Program-made: the position numbers and the translations under genes
IMG/VR virus record: IMGVR_UViG_3300029985_000074
Coordinates: 1-42,886 of that record
Length of the DNA stretch: 42,886 bases
Direction: 5' to 3' (one strand)
Source of the DNA: a virus
Taxonomy: Duplodnaviria > Caudoviricetes
Part shown: one piece after another, positions 9,556 to 17,686 of the stretch
Layout of the letters: each line of letters starts with the position of its first letter
Numbering within the stretch: the first letter of the stretch is position 1
The notes under the pieces: model-generated
The model's database searches: none
What the model was told of the DNA's origin: nothing
The model's input: the letters and a program-made list of their open reading frames with translations, nothing else

Positions 9556-12500
9556 TTATTTTTTACTTTCTTTCATCAAAGGAGTTTTATCGGCACTCTT
9601 ATATTTTACAGTCCATCTAGCATCTTTAACATATGCCGCATCAGTCTCTGGATTGCCACCAAATCCTTCATCCATATGTTTAAACTTATTGGCTGCAACT
9701 GGCTTCAAATTCTGTAATTTAGATAATTCTCTTATTATTTTCTTCTGTTCTAAATTTAGCTTCAATCCTTCTACTTCCAATATTCCTTGAGTTGGATGGG
9801 TTCTCAATCTTATCCAGCCATTTTTCAGTGCCTCTTCTCTTGCAGGAACATAGTCTAAGTCAGGATATAAATATTCTTTTGCAAACCATGAATGACTTTC
9901 ACCAGCATCGTATACTTTATTATTAGGCGATATCCAATATGGATTTGATGCAAATGTTTCAACTTGTAATTTTGTATAGTCTATATTCCACGGTAATGAT
10001 TTCTTAATTCCTTCTTTAACTATACTAGAATGTTTATGACTATATGTTCCAACGTTACCGATTGCAGATTTTATTTGAGTAGGTTTAAATACGATATAAT
10101 GAGTCGATAAAGGTAATGGGTCATTTACATTTTTTAATATTAATCCATCATTTCCATTTTTTACTGCACCATCAATTAACCCTGCCGTTTTATTATTAAA
10201 ATCAGCCTTCCCTTCAAAATCATAAACTAAAGGATTTTCTATTTTAAGAAATACTGGGAGTATATTTTGTCCGGTCTCGTCATCTTCCCGTGATGTTCCG
10301 ATATCGTAATTTTCATATTCTTCCATTGCTTTTTCGTATGGCGTCCAGTTTCCGGTTGCTTGGGCATGAGCTGCCAACCTCTCTACCTTTTTTTGTAATT
10401 CTTTTATCTTTTTCTCGTAATCAGAAATTCCTGACCGGACAGTTCTTCCTGCTTTAGCTGCATATTCAGCAGCAACTTCAGAGCTATCAGTAAAAAAATA
10501 TGCTTTCTTAGAACTTTGAGATTGGGTGGATATTCCCAATCTTTTTTTACTAAACGCTGAAATTGGTTGATTAGTTCCATGATACACTACTGAGGGATTC
10601 CCATGTTTATCTACTACCTTACTATTACCAAACCATTTTTTAAACTCTGGTGATTGTGGATGTGTTATTGCTTCATTTATTAATGATTCTCTAAATTCTC
10701 TATTCATCTGTCCATATTCATATCCGGCATTATATCCTCCTTGATTTGCTATTTGAGTTAATGTAGTCTGTCCTCCTTCAACAAACATTGCTGCCAAATC
10801 ATTTCTCTGATGAACTACATTTAATGCTTTATCACAAGCATATAATTTTGCTTCTGGGGTTTCTGCATTGAATATTAAAGAATATATATTCTGCAACGGT
10901 TTTATACCACAATCGCTTATATAAGCTCTTCCGTTCTTATCTTCAAATCTATTACATACCTCTTCCCATTCTTCATCGGTAAATTGTATATCCCACATTT
11001 CATCTATTTCTTCTCTTAAATGATAATTTTCGGAATGTCCCGTAAATTCATTTGCTAATGTTAATCTAGCTATATTTGTTAATAACTGGTCGGCTATTTT
11101 ATCAATGGCATTTTCATTTACTTTATTATATTTTCCAAATAATAACCATGTCTTTTTTAATAAAGTTGCCGAGATTGTTTTCCATGGAATATTTCCGGTT
11201 GCGTGAGTTTTTAAAAAAGTGGCAATCTCATATAACGATTGGTCTTTACGTTCCAAAAAATCAACATGAGCGTTATATTCAACATCAACAGCTTCATTGA
11301 TTGGTCTATTAATAATTTCAAGTCTTCTCTTTATTTCATCTCGATATAAAACAAAATCCTTCGTTGCTTGCACTCTAGAACCATAAGGGTCTTCTATCTT
11401 TAATTTTTTATCAGTGGCAATTCTGACTGCTTTATCTCTGAGTGCTTTTAAATTTTGTAAAGATAGTTGTTTTAAATCTGTAGAAGCATACGACGGTAAT
11501 TTTGAATTAATATCAGATTGAGTTACTTCTTTTATGTCGGATTGAACATACCACTGCTCTAAATCATCCAACAGCCCCCGCAATGTCGGATATGATGTTT
11601 TCCATTCTGGAAGTTTTAATCGAAATGCTCCCTCATGTCGATTTAAAATCCACTCTCCCTCTTTTAAATTCCCAGTTCCGAATCCAACGGGTAGTTGATA
11701 TGAGTTGGCAAACCATTCACCGTTTAATAATATTTTAGCAGTGTTTTTTGACAGTCCCAACTCTCCAAATTTAACATTGAAATGTTTGGTTTTAGCTTTG
11801 GATTCTATTTCAATTGAATTACTATTTGCCTCATTTAGTTTTCCTCTAAACAAATCGTCCGGATATATATTAGAATAATAATCGGAATACGTAGTGGACC
11901 ATACTTTTATGGATATGGTATTCTTTTTTTTCAACAAATATTCGACTACCCTATGATAACCATCAGTAACAATAAATTGCTTATTTTCTATATTAAACAT
12001 CACTTCTATAGGTGCGTCAGTTTTACTTTTGGCTCCTTTTTTAATATCTATCAATGCCTTTGACAATCCATTCTTAGATAAAGATAAATCTTTGATTTTA
12101 AAATTAGGTATTAACATGGCATCATCTAAATCTACTCCTCGATTTAAAGTTTCAATGTCGTGTGCGGATATTCCTACATTAATATTTTCATCAATACTCA
12201 ATTGTTTATCATGTAAATTAGTTATGGCATCTTTTAATTTTTGAATTATTCCTTTGGTTCGTAATAGTTTATACGTTATATTTTCAACGCTTAATTCGCC
12301 ACCATTATCCAGCCCATATTGGCGGAATGCGTCCAGATAATCCTTGACCTCTTTTAATTTTTCAAGGTCTTGAGTTGTGATTGTATCAAGTATATATTTT
12401 TTCATCCCATTATATTTAACTTGTATATTAGGAGTATTGATGGAATTTGAATTTTGCTTGGATGGTCTTTTTATCCATTGGTTTTTAATTAATGAATAAA

Positions 12501-12876
12501 TTCCATTGACATAAGGTTTTTCAGCAGTAATACTCTGAATATTCATTTCAACCTTGTGTTTTTTTATTATAATTTCATGTTCGGAATTCCACTGGGAACC
12601 AACCAATTTTGCCATTTTTTCCGCAGTTTCGGTCGGCATTTTTAAATTTTCCAAATCAATCACGACATGAACATCAATGTCACTTTCGGCATTCCAGTTG
12701 AAGGATGCCAGTGACCCCATAAAATATATGTCCAGAATAGGAGCTTCAAATTTTGTTTTCTTATAAAATTCTTTTGCGATTTTTAGGAGGGTCAGCCGAA
12801 TTTCGGGGGTTAATTGATAATACTCATCCCATATATCAGGACAAAGGCTATTGTGATATATTACTACTTTACTCAT
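9556..12876 (-). CDS. Polyvalent multidomain protein: pol-beta-type nucleotidyltransferase + ParB-like + unknown domains + ART-PolyVal-like ADP-ribosyltransferase
   Basis: GSLASFNWNAESDIDVH (GS..DxD); PIEV...VTDGYHRV; FKKWFGNSKVVD..G.P.VVYHGT...FFTD...A..YA...PVFLKIENP...DGLI...VFKPTQIKSA.GN.G. Confidence 0.75.
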   Translation of the reverse strand: MSKVVIYHNSLCPDIWDEYYQLTPEIRLTLLKIAKEFYKKTKFEAPILDIYFMGSLASFNWNAESDIDVHVVIDLENLKMPTETAEKMAKLVGSQWNSEHEIIIKKHKVEMNIQSITAEKPYVNGIYSLIKNQWIKRPSKQNSNSINTPNIQVKYNGMKKYILDTITTQDLEKLKEVKDYLDAFRQYGLDNGGELSVENITYKLLRTKGIIQKLKDAITNLHDKQLSIDENINVGISAHDIETLNRGVDLDDAMLIPNFKIKDLSLSKNGLSKALIDIKKGAKSKTDAPIEVMFNIENKQFIVTDGYHRVVEYLLKKKNTISIKVWSTTYSDYYSNIYPDDLFRGKLNEANSNSIEIESKAKTKHFNVKFGELGLSKNTAKILLNGEWFANSYQLPVGFGTGNLKEGEWILNRHEGAFRLKLPEWKTSYPTLRGLLDDLEQWYVQSDIKEVTQSDINSKLPSYASTDLKQLSLQNLKALRDKAVRIATDKKLKIEDPYGSRVQATKDFVLYRDEIKRRLEIINRPINEAVDVEYNAHVDFLERKDQSLYEIATFLKTHATGNIPWKTISATLLKKTWLLFGKYNKVNENAIDKIADQLLTNIARLTLANEFTGHSENYHLREEIDEMWDIQFTDEEWEEVCNRFEDKNGRAYISDCGIKPLQNIYSLIFNAETPEAKLYACDKALNVVHQRNDLAAMFVEGGQTTLTQIANQGGYNAGYEYGQMNREFRESLINEAITHPQSPEFKKWFGNSKVVDKHGNPSVVYHGTNQPISAFSKKRLGISTQSQSSKKAYFFTDSSEVAAEYAAKAGRTVRSGISDYEKKIKELQKKVERLAAHAQATGNWTPYEKAMEEYENYDIGTSREDDETGQNILPVFLKIENPLVYDFEGKADFNNKTAGLIDGAVKNGNDGLILKNVNDPLPLSTHYIVFKPTQIKSAIGNVGTYSHKHSSIVKEGIKKSLPWNIDYTKLQVETFASNPYWISPNNKVYDAGESHSWFAKEYLYPDLDYVPAREEALKNGWIRLRTHPTQGILEVEGLKLNLEQKKIIRELSKLQNLKPVAANKFKHMDEGFGGNPETDAAYVKDARWTVKYKSADKTPLMKESKK

Positions 12877-12880
12877 TTGG

Positions 12881-13435
12881 TTAGGAGTTTTGGACTTTTA
12901 TAATAAAAGCATCCGCAGTATCAACATTTATTTTCAATATGCTAAATTTTAATGGAAGATTTGAAAGATTTATAACTCTTACTTGACCATCAAACATTTT
13001 CTGAGTATCCATTGAATTCACCAAGAGTTCTTCGTTTGACTCAGTTTGATGTTCTTCTAAATTAACTGCTGCCATTTGACCACCGGGTTCTTGTGTTGAA
13101 TATTTTTCTTCTCCAGATATAGGAAGATGTCCGTCAATTGTGTCCGACTCTTTTAATTTATTTTGGTTAACTGATGATTGCAACCAATTTGGAATTTTAT
13201 CACCAGTTTCTGGATATTCAATTACATTACCACAATCGCTATGTTTAAATGTTTTCCCGCCGTCTTCGGAGAAGGTATGTTTTTCATATATTTCATCCTT
13301 ACAATGTGGGCAGATATCAAACTCTTGAGGTCGGCTTCCTTCTTGGATTAAATTTGATTGTTCGGCTATAACCTTTGAAATAGTCTCGGTTATTAAATTC
13401 TGCGTATCTACGTCGATATGGTTTATAGTTGGCAT
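12881..13435 (-). CDS. Hypothetical protein with Zn-ribbon-like motif, probable head/internal protein
   Basis: Likely start MPTINHIDVDTQNLITE (13435); CPHC...HSDC; ITE/IAE/IQE/LKE/LEE sites. Confidence 0.55.
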   Translation of the reverse strand: MPTINHIDVDTQNLITETISKVIAEQSNLIQEGSRPQEFDICPHCKDEIYEKHTFSEDGGKTFKHSDCGNVIEYPETGDKIPNWLQSSVNQNKLKESDTIDGHLPISGEEKYSTQEPGGQMAAVNLEEHQTESNEELLVNSMDTQKMFDGQVRVINLSNLPLKFSILKINVDTADAFIIKVQNS

Positions 13436-13574
13436 AATTAGAAATGTCTTAATTGCTATTAGATAAATAGCATTAACTTTCTGTAATATACAATTCAATT
13501 TACAACTAAAAATAATTGAAAATAAAATCGATTTTACTCAAAGTCACATATAGTTATATCTATAGACAATTGAT

Positions 13575-14873
13575 ATGATAAGCCTAAAATTGAAAATAAA
13601 GAATGAATATGATGTAAATTCATATATTAATTCGTATTCTAAATTAAAAAGAATCGCTTATAATTTGTTGGTAGATGGGAAATCATTGACCGAGACTCAG
13701 AAATATATTAAGTCTAATATCCAACACGGTTTAGATGCTTCTTTTGTTGAGTGGGCATCATTAGATGCCGAACAACTTAAAAACTCTCAGAAAGAATTAA
13801 AAATTCCCAAAATTGTTTTTGGCGGTAAGAAGAATCTCATTAAGTTAAATAAAAAACAAATTACTACCGACGAATGGAAATCGCTTAGGAATCCAAACAT
13901 ATATTGTATAGGCAGATCTAATGAGAAGTATGGCAATCGTAAATTTAAAACAGACATTAAAAATAATACAATTTATTTCTGTCCTAGTCGAAGAATTAAA
14001 ATTAAATTGGAATTCTGTGCTTCTAAAAAACAATTAGAAATGTTAACTAAAATTGAGGGGTTAGCGACAAATTATAAAATGGCTATCACATATAAGTTAA
14101 CAAGAACTCATATCATTTTATCAATCGACGAGAATAAATTAGCCAAACAATCATATATTCCTATTAAAAATATAATATTGTCATTAGATATGAACCCCAA
14201 TTCTATTGGTCTTGTTGTATCTGGGTTCGATAAAAACAGTAAACAAGAAGTAATTCATAAGCAAATATTTAATTTAAAAGAGTTAAATAAAAAGACCAAG
14301 AATAAGAAACATTACGAGAATTTTCAAATGGTCAAATCAATTATCAAACTCTGCGAATATTATAAAGTCGAATCGGTTGGAATTGAGAAACTAGAGATAC
14401 AATCAAAAGATAATAAAAAAGGAAAAGTATTTAATAAAACAATTAACAATGACTGGCTAAGAACTAAATTTATTAATAATTTAAAAAAGCATTGTAATTT
14501 AAACAATATTAAAATTTATGATATTGCCGCTGCTTATAGTTCTTTTGTTGGATGTATATTAAATGAGAATGAAGTTGATAGCATTGCTGCGGCCATTGAA
14601 ATTGGGAGAAGAACTTATTTATTCACCAACATTTTTATAACAAACAATTTACCAAGAAACACTAAAATTATTTTTCCCGAATGGAATATTAATCTAATGA
14701 ACCGATGGAAGGAAGAGTTAGATTATAGTAATATTACAGACTGGAAAGGTATGTTCGATTGGTTTAAAAAGAACCCGACGTTGAGTTATCGGCATCTTTT
14801 GAGTGAAATTAAACCTTCACATTTTCTTAGACATAAACATAGGAAGAGTAAAGTCTTTCTATATTTAGGTTAA
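13575..14873 (+). CDS. tnpB: Solo TnpB/Cas12f-like RuvC nuclease (IS200/IS605/IS607 OrfB family)
   Basis: R.AYN N-terminus; FGGKK; GN..F; RuvC-I LSLDMNPNSIG, RuvC-II VGIEKL, AYSS..G, RuvC-III DSIAAAIEIGRR. No zinc finger, no adjacent transposase. Confidence 0.8.
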   Translation: MISLKLKIKNEYDVNSYINSYSKLKRIAYNLLVDGKSLTETQKYIKSNIQHGLDASFVEWASLDAEQLKNSQKELKIPKIVFGGKKNLIKLNKKQITTDEWKSLRNPNIYCIGRSNEKYGNRKFKTDIKNNTIYFCPSRRIKIKLEFCASKKQLEMLTKIEGLATNYKMAITYKLTRTHIILSIDENKLAKQSYIPIKNIILSLDMNPNSIGLVVSGFDKNSKQEVIHKQIFNLKELNKKTKNKKHYENFQMVKSIIKLCEYYKVESVGIEKLEIQSKDNKKGKVFNKTINNDWLRTKFINNLKKHCNLNNIKIYDIAAAYSSFVGCILNENEVDSIAAAIEIGRRTYLFTNIFITNNLPRNTKIIFPEWNINLMNRWKEELDYSNITDWKGMFDWFKKNPTLSYRHLLSEIKPSHFLRHKHRKSKVFLYLG

Positions 14874-14921
14874 CTCTCATCTATTAGTTTTTGAGTGTCA
14901 TTATCCATATTCATATAAATA
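14870..14921 (-). pseudogene. Orphan promoter + 12-codon remnant homologous to the 5' end of the 12881-13435 gene
   Basis: TATTTATA (14914-14921), 5 nt, then ATG 14908: MDNDTQKLIDES*, versus IDVDTQNLITET in the neighbour. Confidence 0.6.
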
Positions 14922-14941
14922 TCATTGAGTTCTAGTAGATA

Positions 14942-15478
14942 TCATAATTTTACTTGTTTAATGAGAGACAACAACTTGAGTTCCTCTATTGTTTCTTGAT
15001 AATTGTCCGAATTGTGAAGTATTCCTATTCCTCCAAGACTATTCCAACTATTAACCGTATCCACCATATCATCTACTAATATTGAATTAGGAGTGGAATG
15101 TTCCTGTTTACGATGTCTTCCTCTAACTACAAATATGTTTTCCGATGGAATTGATGGAATATGAGTCTTAAGCCAATTTCTTTTACCAGTCTCGACAACT
15201 TTCGATTTCAATTCGTCCGAAGTTCCCGTTGAAGATAATATAAAGACCTGTTTAAATAAATCAGATGTAACATTAAACAGTTCCTTACCGCCACTTATCC
15301 ATTCCAAATCTTCCCAGAATTTAGGACCGGCATTAAAAAATATTTCTTTTGCAGGTTGCTTACCATATAATTTGGCATATTCCCCAAGTGAAATATCATT
15401 TGATAATTTTTTGTAACCTTTATCAAAATTTACTAGGACACCATCTAAATCAAGATATATTTTATTTGTTTCATTCAT
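14942..15478 (-). CDS. HAD-family 5'(3')-deoxyribonucleotidase-like protein
   Basis: IYLDLDGVLVNF (DxD), FW..LEW..GG, ILSS, K..W, K, ILVDD...W...GG.GILH. Confidence 0.85.
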   Translation of the reverse strand: MNETNKIYLDLDGVLVNFDKGYKKLSNDISLGEYAKLYGKQPAKEIFFNAGPKFWEDLEWISGGKELFNVTSDLFKQVFILSSTGTSDELKSKVVETGKRNWLKTHIPSIPSENIFVVRGRHRKQEHSTPNSILVDDMVDTVNSWNSLGGIGILHNSDNYQETIEELKLLSLIKQVKL

Positions 15479-15663
15479 ATTTTTTCCTCTTTAACTGTGC
15501 GTTTTATTATTCTAAATCGTTCATTGGGAAATGAGTCTTTTCTTTTTTTCATATCATCCAATGCATATTCCAAATTCGCATATGAGTCGACATCTTTCCA
15601 AATAGACAATGTTCCGCTATAACCATGGATTTGAAGTAAGATTTGAGTGTAACTATTCAACAT
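15475..15663 (-). CDS. Small hypothetical protein
   Basis: 62 aa; ATGA overlap with the next gene; fills the operon gap. Confidence 0.55.
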   Translation of the reverse strand: MLNSYTQILLQIHGYSGTLSIWKDVDSYANLEYALDDMKKRKDSFPNERFRIIKRTVKEEKI

Positions 15664-15667
15664 AATA

Positions 15668-16241
15668 TTATCGATTTAGATATAATATCTGTTTAATTGC
15701 ATTTATACCATTTTCACTTATATCACGAGTTCCTATACCGGCAAAATTATAAGTTAATTTCGGTATTAAATCTCCAATAGATTCAAATTTATTAGTTGTA
15801 TATTCATAATTATACCACATTCCCGATGGTTGGTCAAATGTGAATATAGGTTTATTATTATCTACTGCCATTTGAATTGCCCATCCTGTTCCTCCATCTA
15901 CTATCGTTTTATTTATATCTTTAAATTTTTTTACTTATGGCGAATATAGCATCGGAATTCTTAACTTGAAACCAATTCCTTGCTAGAAGATTTTTAGTAT
16001 AATTACCTTGAGTTTCCGGTGATAATTTTAACGTTTTTGCGGCAATCATTACATTTTTAAATCCTTCATTTAATTCATCAACAGTTAATATTTTTTGGTT
16101 GGTGGAATCTTGAACGTGATTGTAAAAGGAATATGCTACAGTTTTAACGCCGTATTTATTACCTTCATTTTCCCATGTCATATCAGCACCGGCACAACCA
16201 CCACTATGACAAGTATAATTTATAAGTTTAGTTTTATTCAT
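15668..16241 (-). pseudogene. SLOG/DprA-like protein split by a 1-nt homopolymer frameshift
   Basis: HSGGCAGAD..W...LLARNWFQVKNSDAIFAI, then in another frame VDGGTGWAIQMAVD..KPI...FAGIGTR. Removing one A from the A7 run (15926-15932) joins them. Confidence 0.7.
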
Positions 16242-16243
16242 AT

Positions 16244-16732
16244 TTATGTCAATGATTTAAATTGTTCTATAGTAAGTTCGGCATTTGAATATTTTATTAC
16301 TTCTCCTCGTTTTTCTTTGAATATTATTTTATATTTGTTATTATGGTCTATTATAATATAATAATAGTCATAATCTCCGATTATGCCACCTATCTTGTTG
16401 TAAGACCGCTGTTCTTTTATAATATTAGAAGTTTTTAATATATCTTCGTAATCATCATTGGTAATAATTTGATTATAAATTTCACATGAGGTATCGTGTT
16501 TTAATATTTGAAGATTGGCCAGTTCTTTAATATCGTTTAAATCTTCAACTGAAGTATATAATAGAAATTTTTTAGAACAATTGGAATTTTCACATTGATG
16601 TAACATCCCAACCCATCCCTTATAGAAACGTATTAAAAATCCACAATAAGGACATTTGATAACATTTCTCTCCATAACCTGTTCATTGGTTAAATTATTA
16701 GATTCATTTAATCTGATTTTATTCATAGTCAT
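16244..16732 (-). CDS. Hypothetical protein with Zn ribbon
   Basis: CPYCG...CENSNC; co-oriented with and abutting the downstream gene. Confidence 0.55.
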   Translation of the reverse strand: MTMNKIRLNESNNLTNEQVMERNVIKCPYCGFLIRFYKGWVGMLHQCENSNCSKKFLLYTSVEDLNDIKELANLQILKHDTSCEIYNQIITNDDYEDILKTSNIIKEQRSYNKIGGIIGDYDYYYIIIDHNNKYKIIFKEKRGEVIKYSNAELTIEQFKSLT

Positions 16733-16893
16733 GAAAATAACATAAAACTTGAAAGCAGTCTACTTATTATATGAACTTTCAATATCTTCTTAAAATAATT
16801 CTGTGTAACTAGTTGAAATGTAACAGTTTATAATAATTCAATAATTATGTTTATTATTTCCAGAAACTTAAAATAACTCGATTTGCTGATGTT

Positions 16894-17562
16894 TTAATGT
16901 TTACTATCGTGATATGTTACAATATTTCGACATGCAGAAATAAACTGATTATACCCCAAATTGGATTTCATTTTATTAATAAACGCACAACATAATACAA
17001 CATTCTCTATTGTATACCCTTTATCAGAGTCTATACGTTCTAATGATATCGTGTTTTCCTTTTTATGTTCTAATGTTAGTGGAACGCCTGTATAATGACA
17101 AATCAACGGTAGTGATTCAATGTATTCGATAGTTAATGTAAATGGTATATTTCGCCGTTCCGCACTTTTACCCCAATGATAAAATCGCCTTTTATATGTT
17201 CTAACATATCCGTTTATAGTTTCTTTATTCTTATCATAATAATCTCTGTGTAAACTATTAATTTTATCTTTATTTTTTATATACCACGATCTTTTAGAAT
17301 CCTTTATATCTAATTTATTATTTTTATAATATTCACTATTATCAATTGATATTTTATCCTTGTTCTGAATTCTATATTTCTGGTCTCTAATTTTCCTTTT
17401 TGGTTTATTTGCATCGTAATATGCTTTATTCTTTTTTTTAATTATTTCTTTGTTATTTTGGTAATATTTTTTAGTTGCTTTCTGATGTAACATTTTTAGT
17501 TTTAATTCGTATTCTGATTCGGTTAATTGGGCTATATCAGATTTTGATGGTTTATTAGTCAT
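16894..17562 (-). CDS. HNH-type endonuclease with K/Y-rich helical repeats
   Basis: YYxxNKxxI repeats; CHYTG...SLERIDSDKGYTIENVVLCC..INKMKS. Confidence 0.8.
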   Translation of the reverse strand: MTNKPSKSDIAQLTESEYELKLKMLHQKATKKYYQNNKEIIKKKNKAYYDANKPKRKIRDQKYRIQNKDKISIDNSEYYKNNKLDIKDSKRSWYIKNKDKINSLHRDYYDKNKETINGYVRTYKRRFYHWGKSAERRNIPFTLTIEYIESLPLICHYTGVPLTLEHKKENTISLERIDSDKGYTIENVVLCCAFINKMKSNLGYNQFISACRNIVTYHDSKH

Positions 17563-17588
17563 ATATTATAACTATCAATAAATAATAA

Positions 17589-17664
17589 AACTTGACAGGT
17601 TATTTATATTATTTGACATAAAAAAGTAAAATAACTTGACAGAGTATTTATATTCTGATATACT
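17589..17664 (+). promoter_or_regulatory. Tandem 22-nt repeat containing TTGACA and TATTTATA; second copy completes TTGACA-17-TATACT
   Basis: AACTTGACAGGTTATTTATATT (17589-17610) and AACTTGACAGAGTATTTATATT (17633-17654); TATACT at 17659-17664. Confidence 0.55.
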
Positions 17665-17686
17665 ACTAATAGTTAAATAAAAATAA

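Noticed and set aside
13436-14941. Type V CRISPR-Cas (Cas12f-like) locus
   Set aside because: No repeat-spacer array or cas1/cas2 is visible; the flanks are only ~140 and ~70 nt.
13436-14941. Complete IS200/IS605/IS607 element or IStron
   Set aside because: No tnpA (Y1 or serine recombinase), no clear subterminal hairpins and no room for a group I intron core.
14942-14985. Nucleotidase C-terminus ELKLLSLIKQVKL as a C-terminal version of the tag
   Set aside because: A single low-complexity match with no terminal Glu, in a different operon; not supportable.
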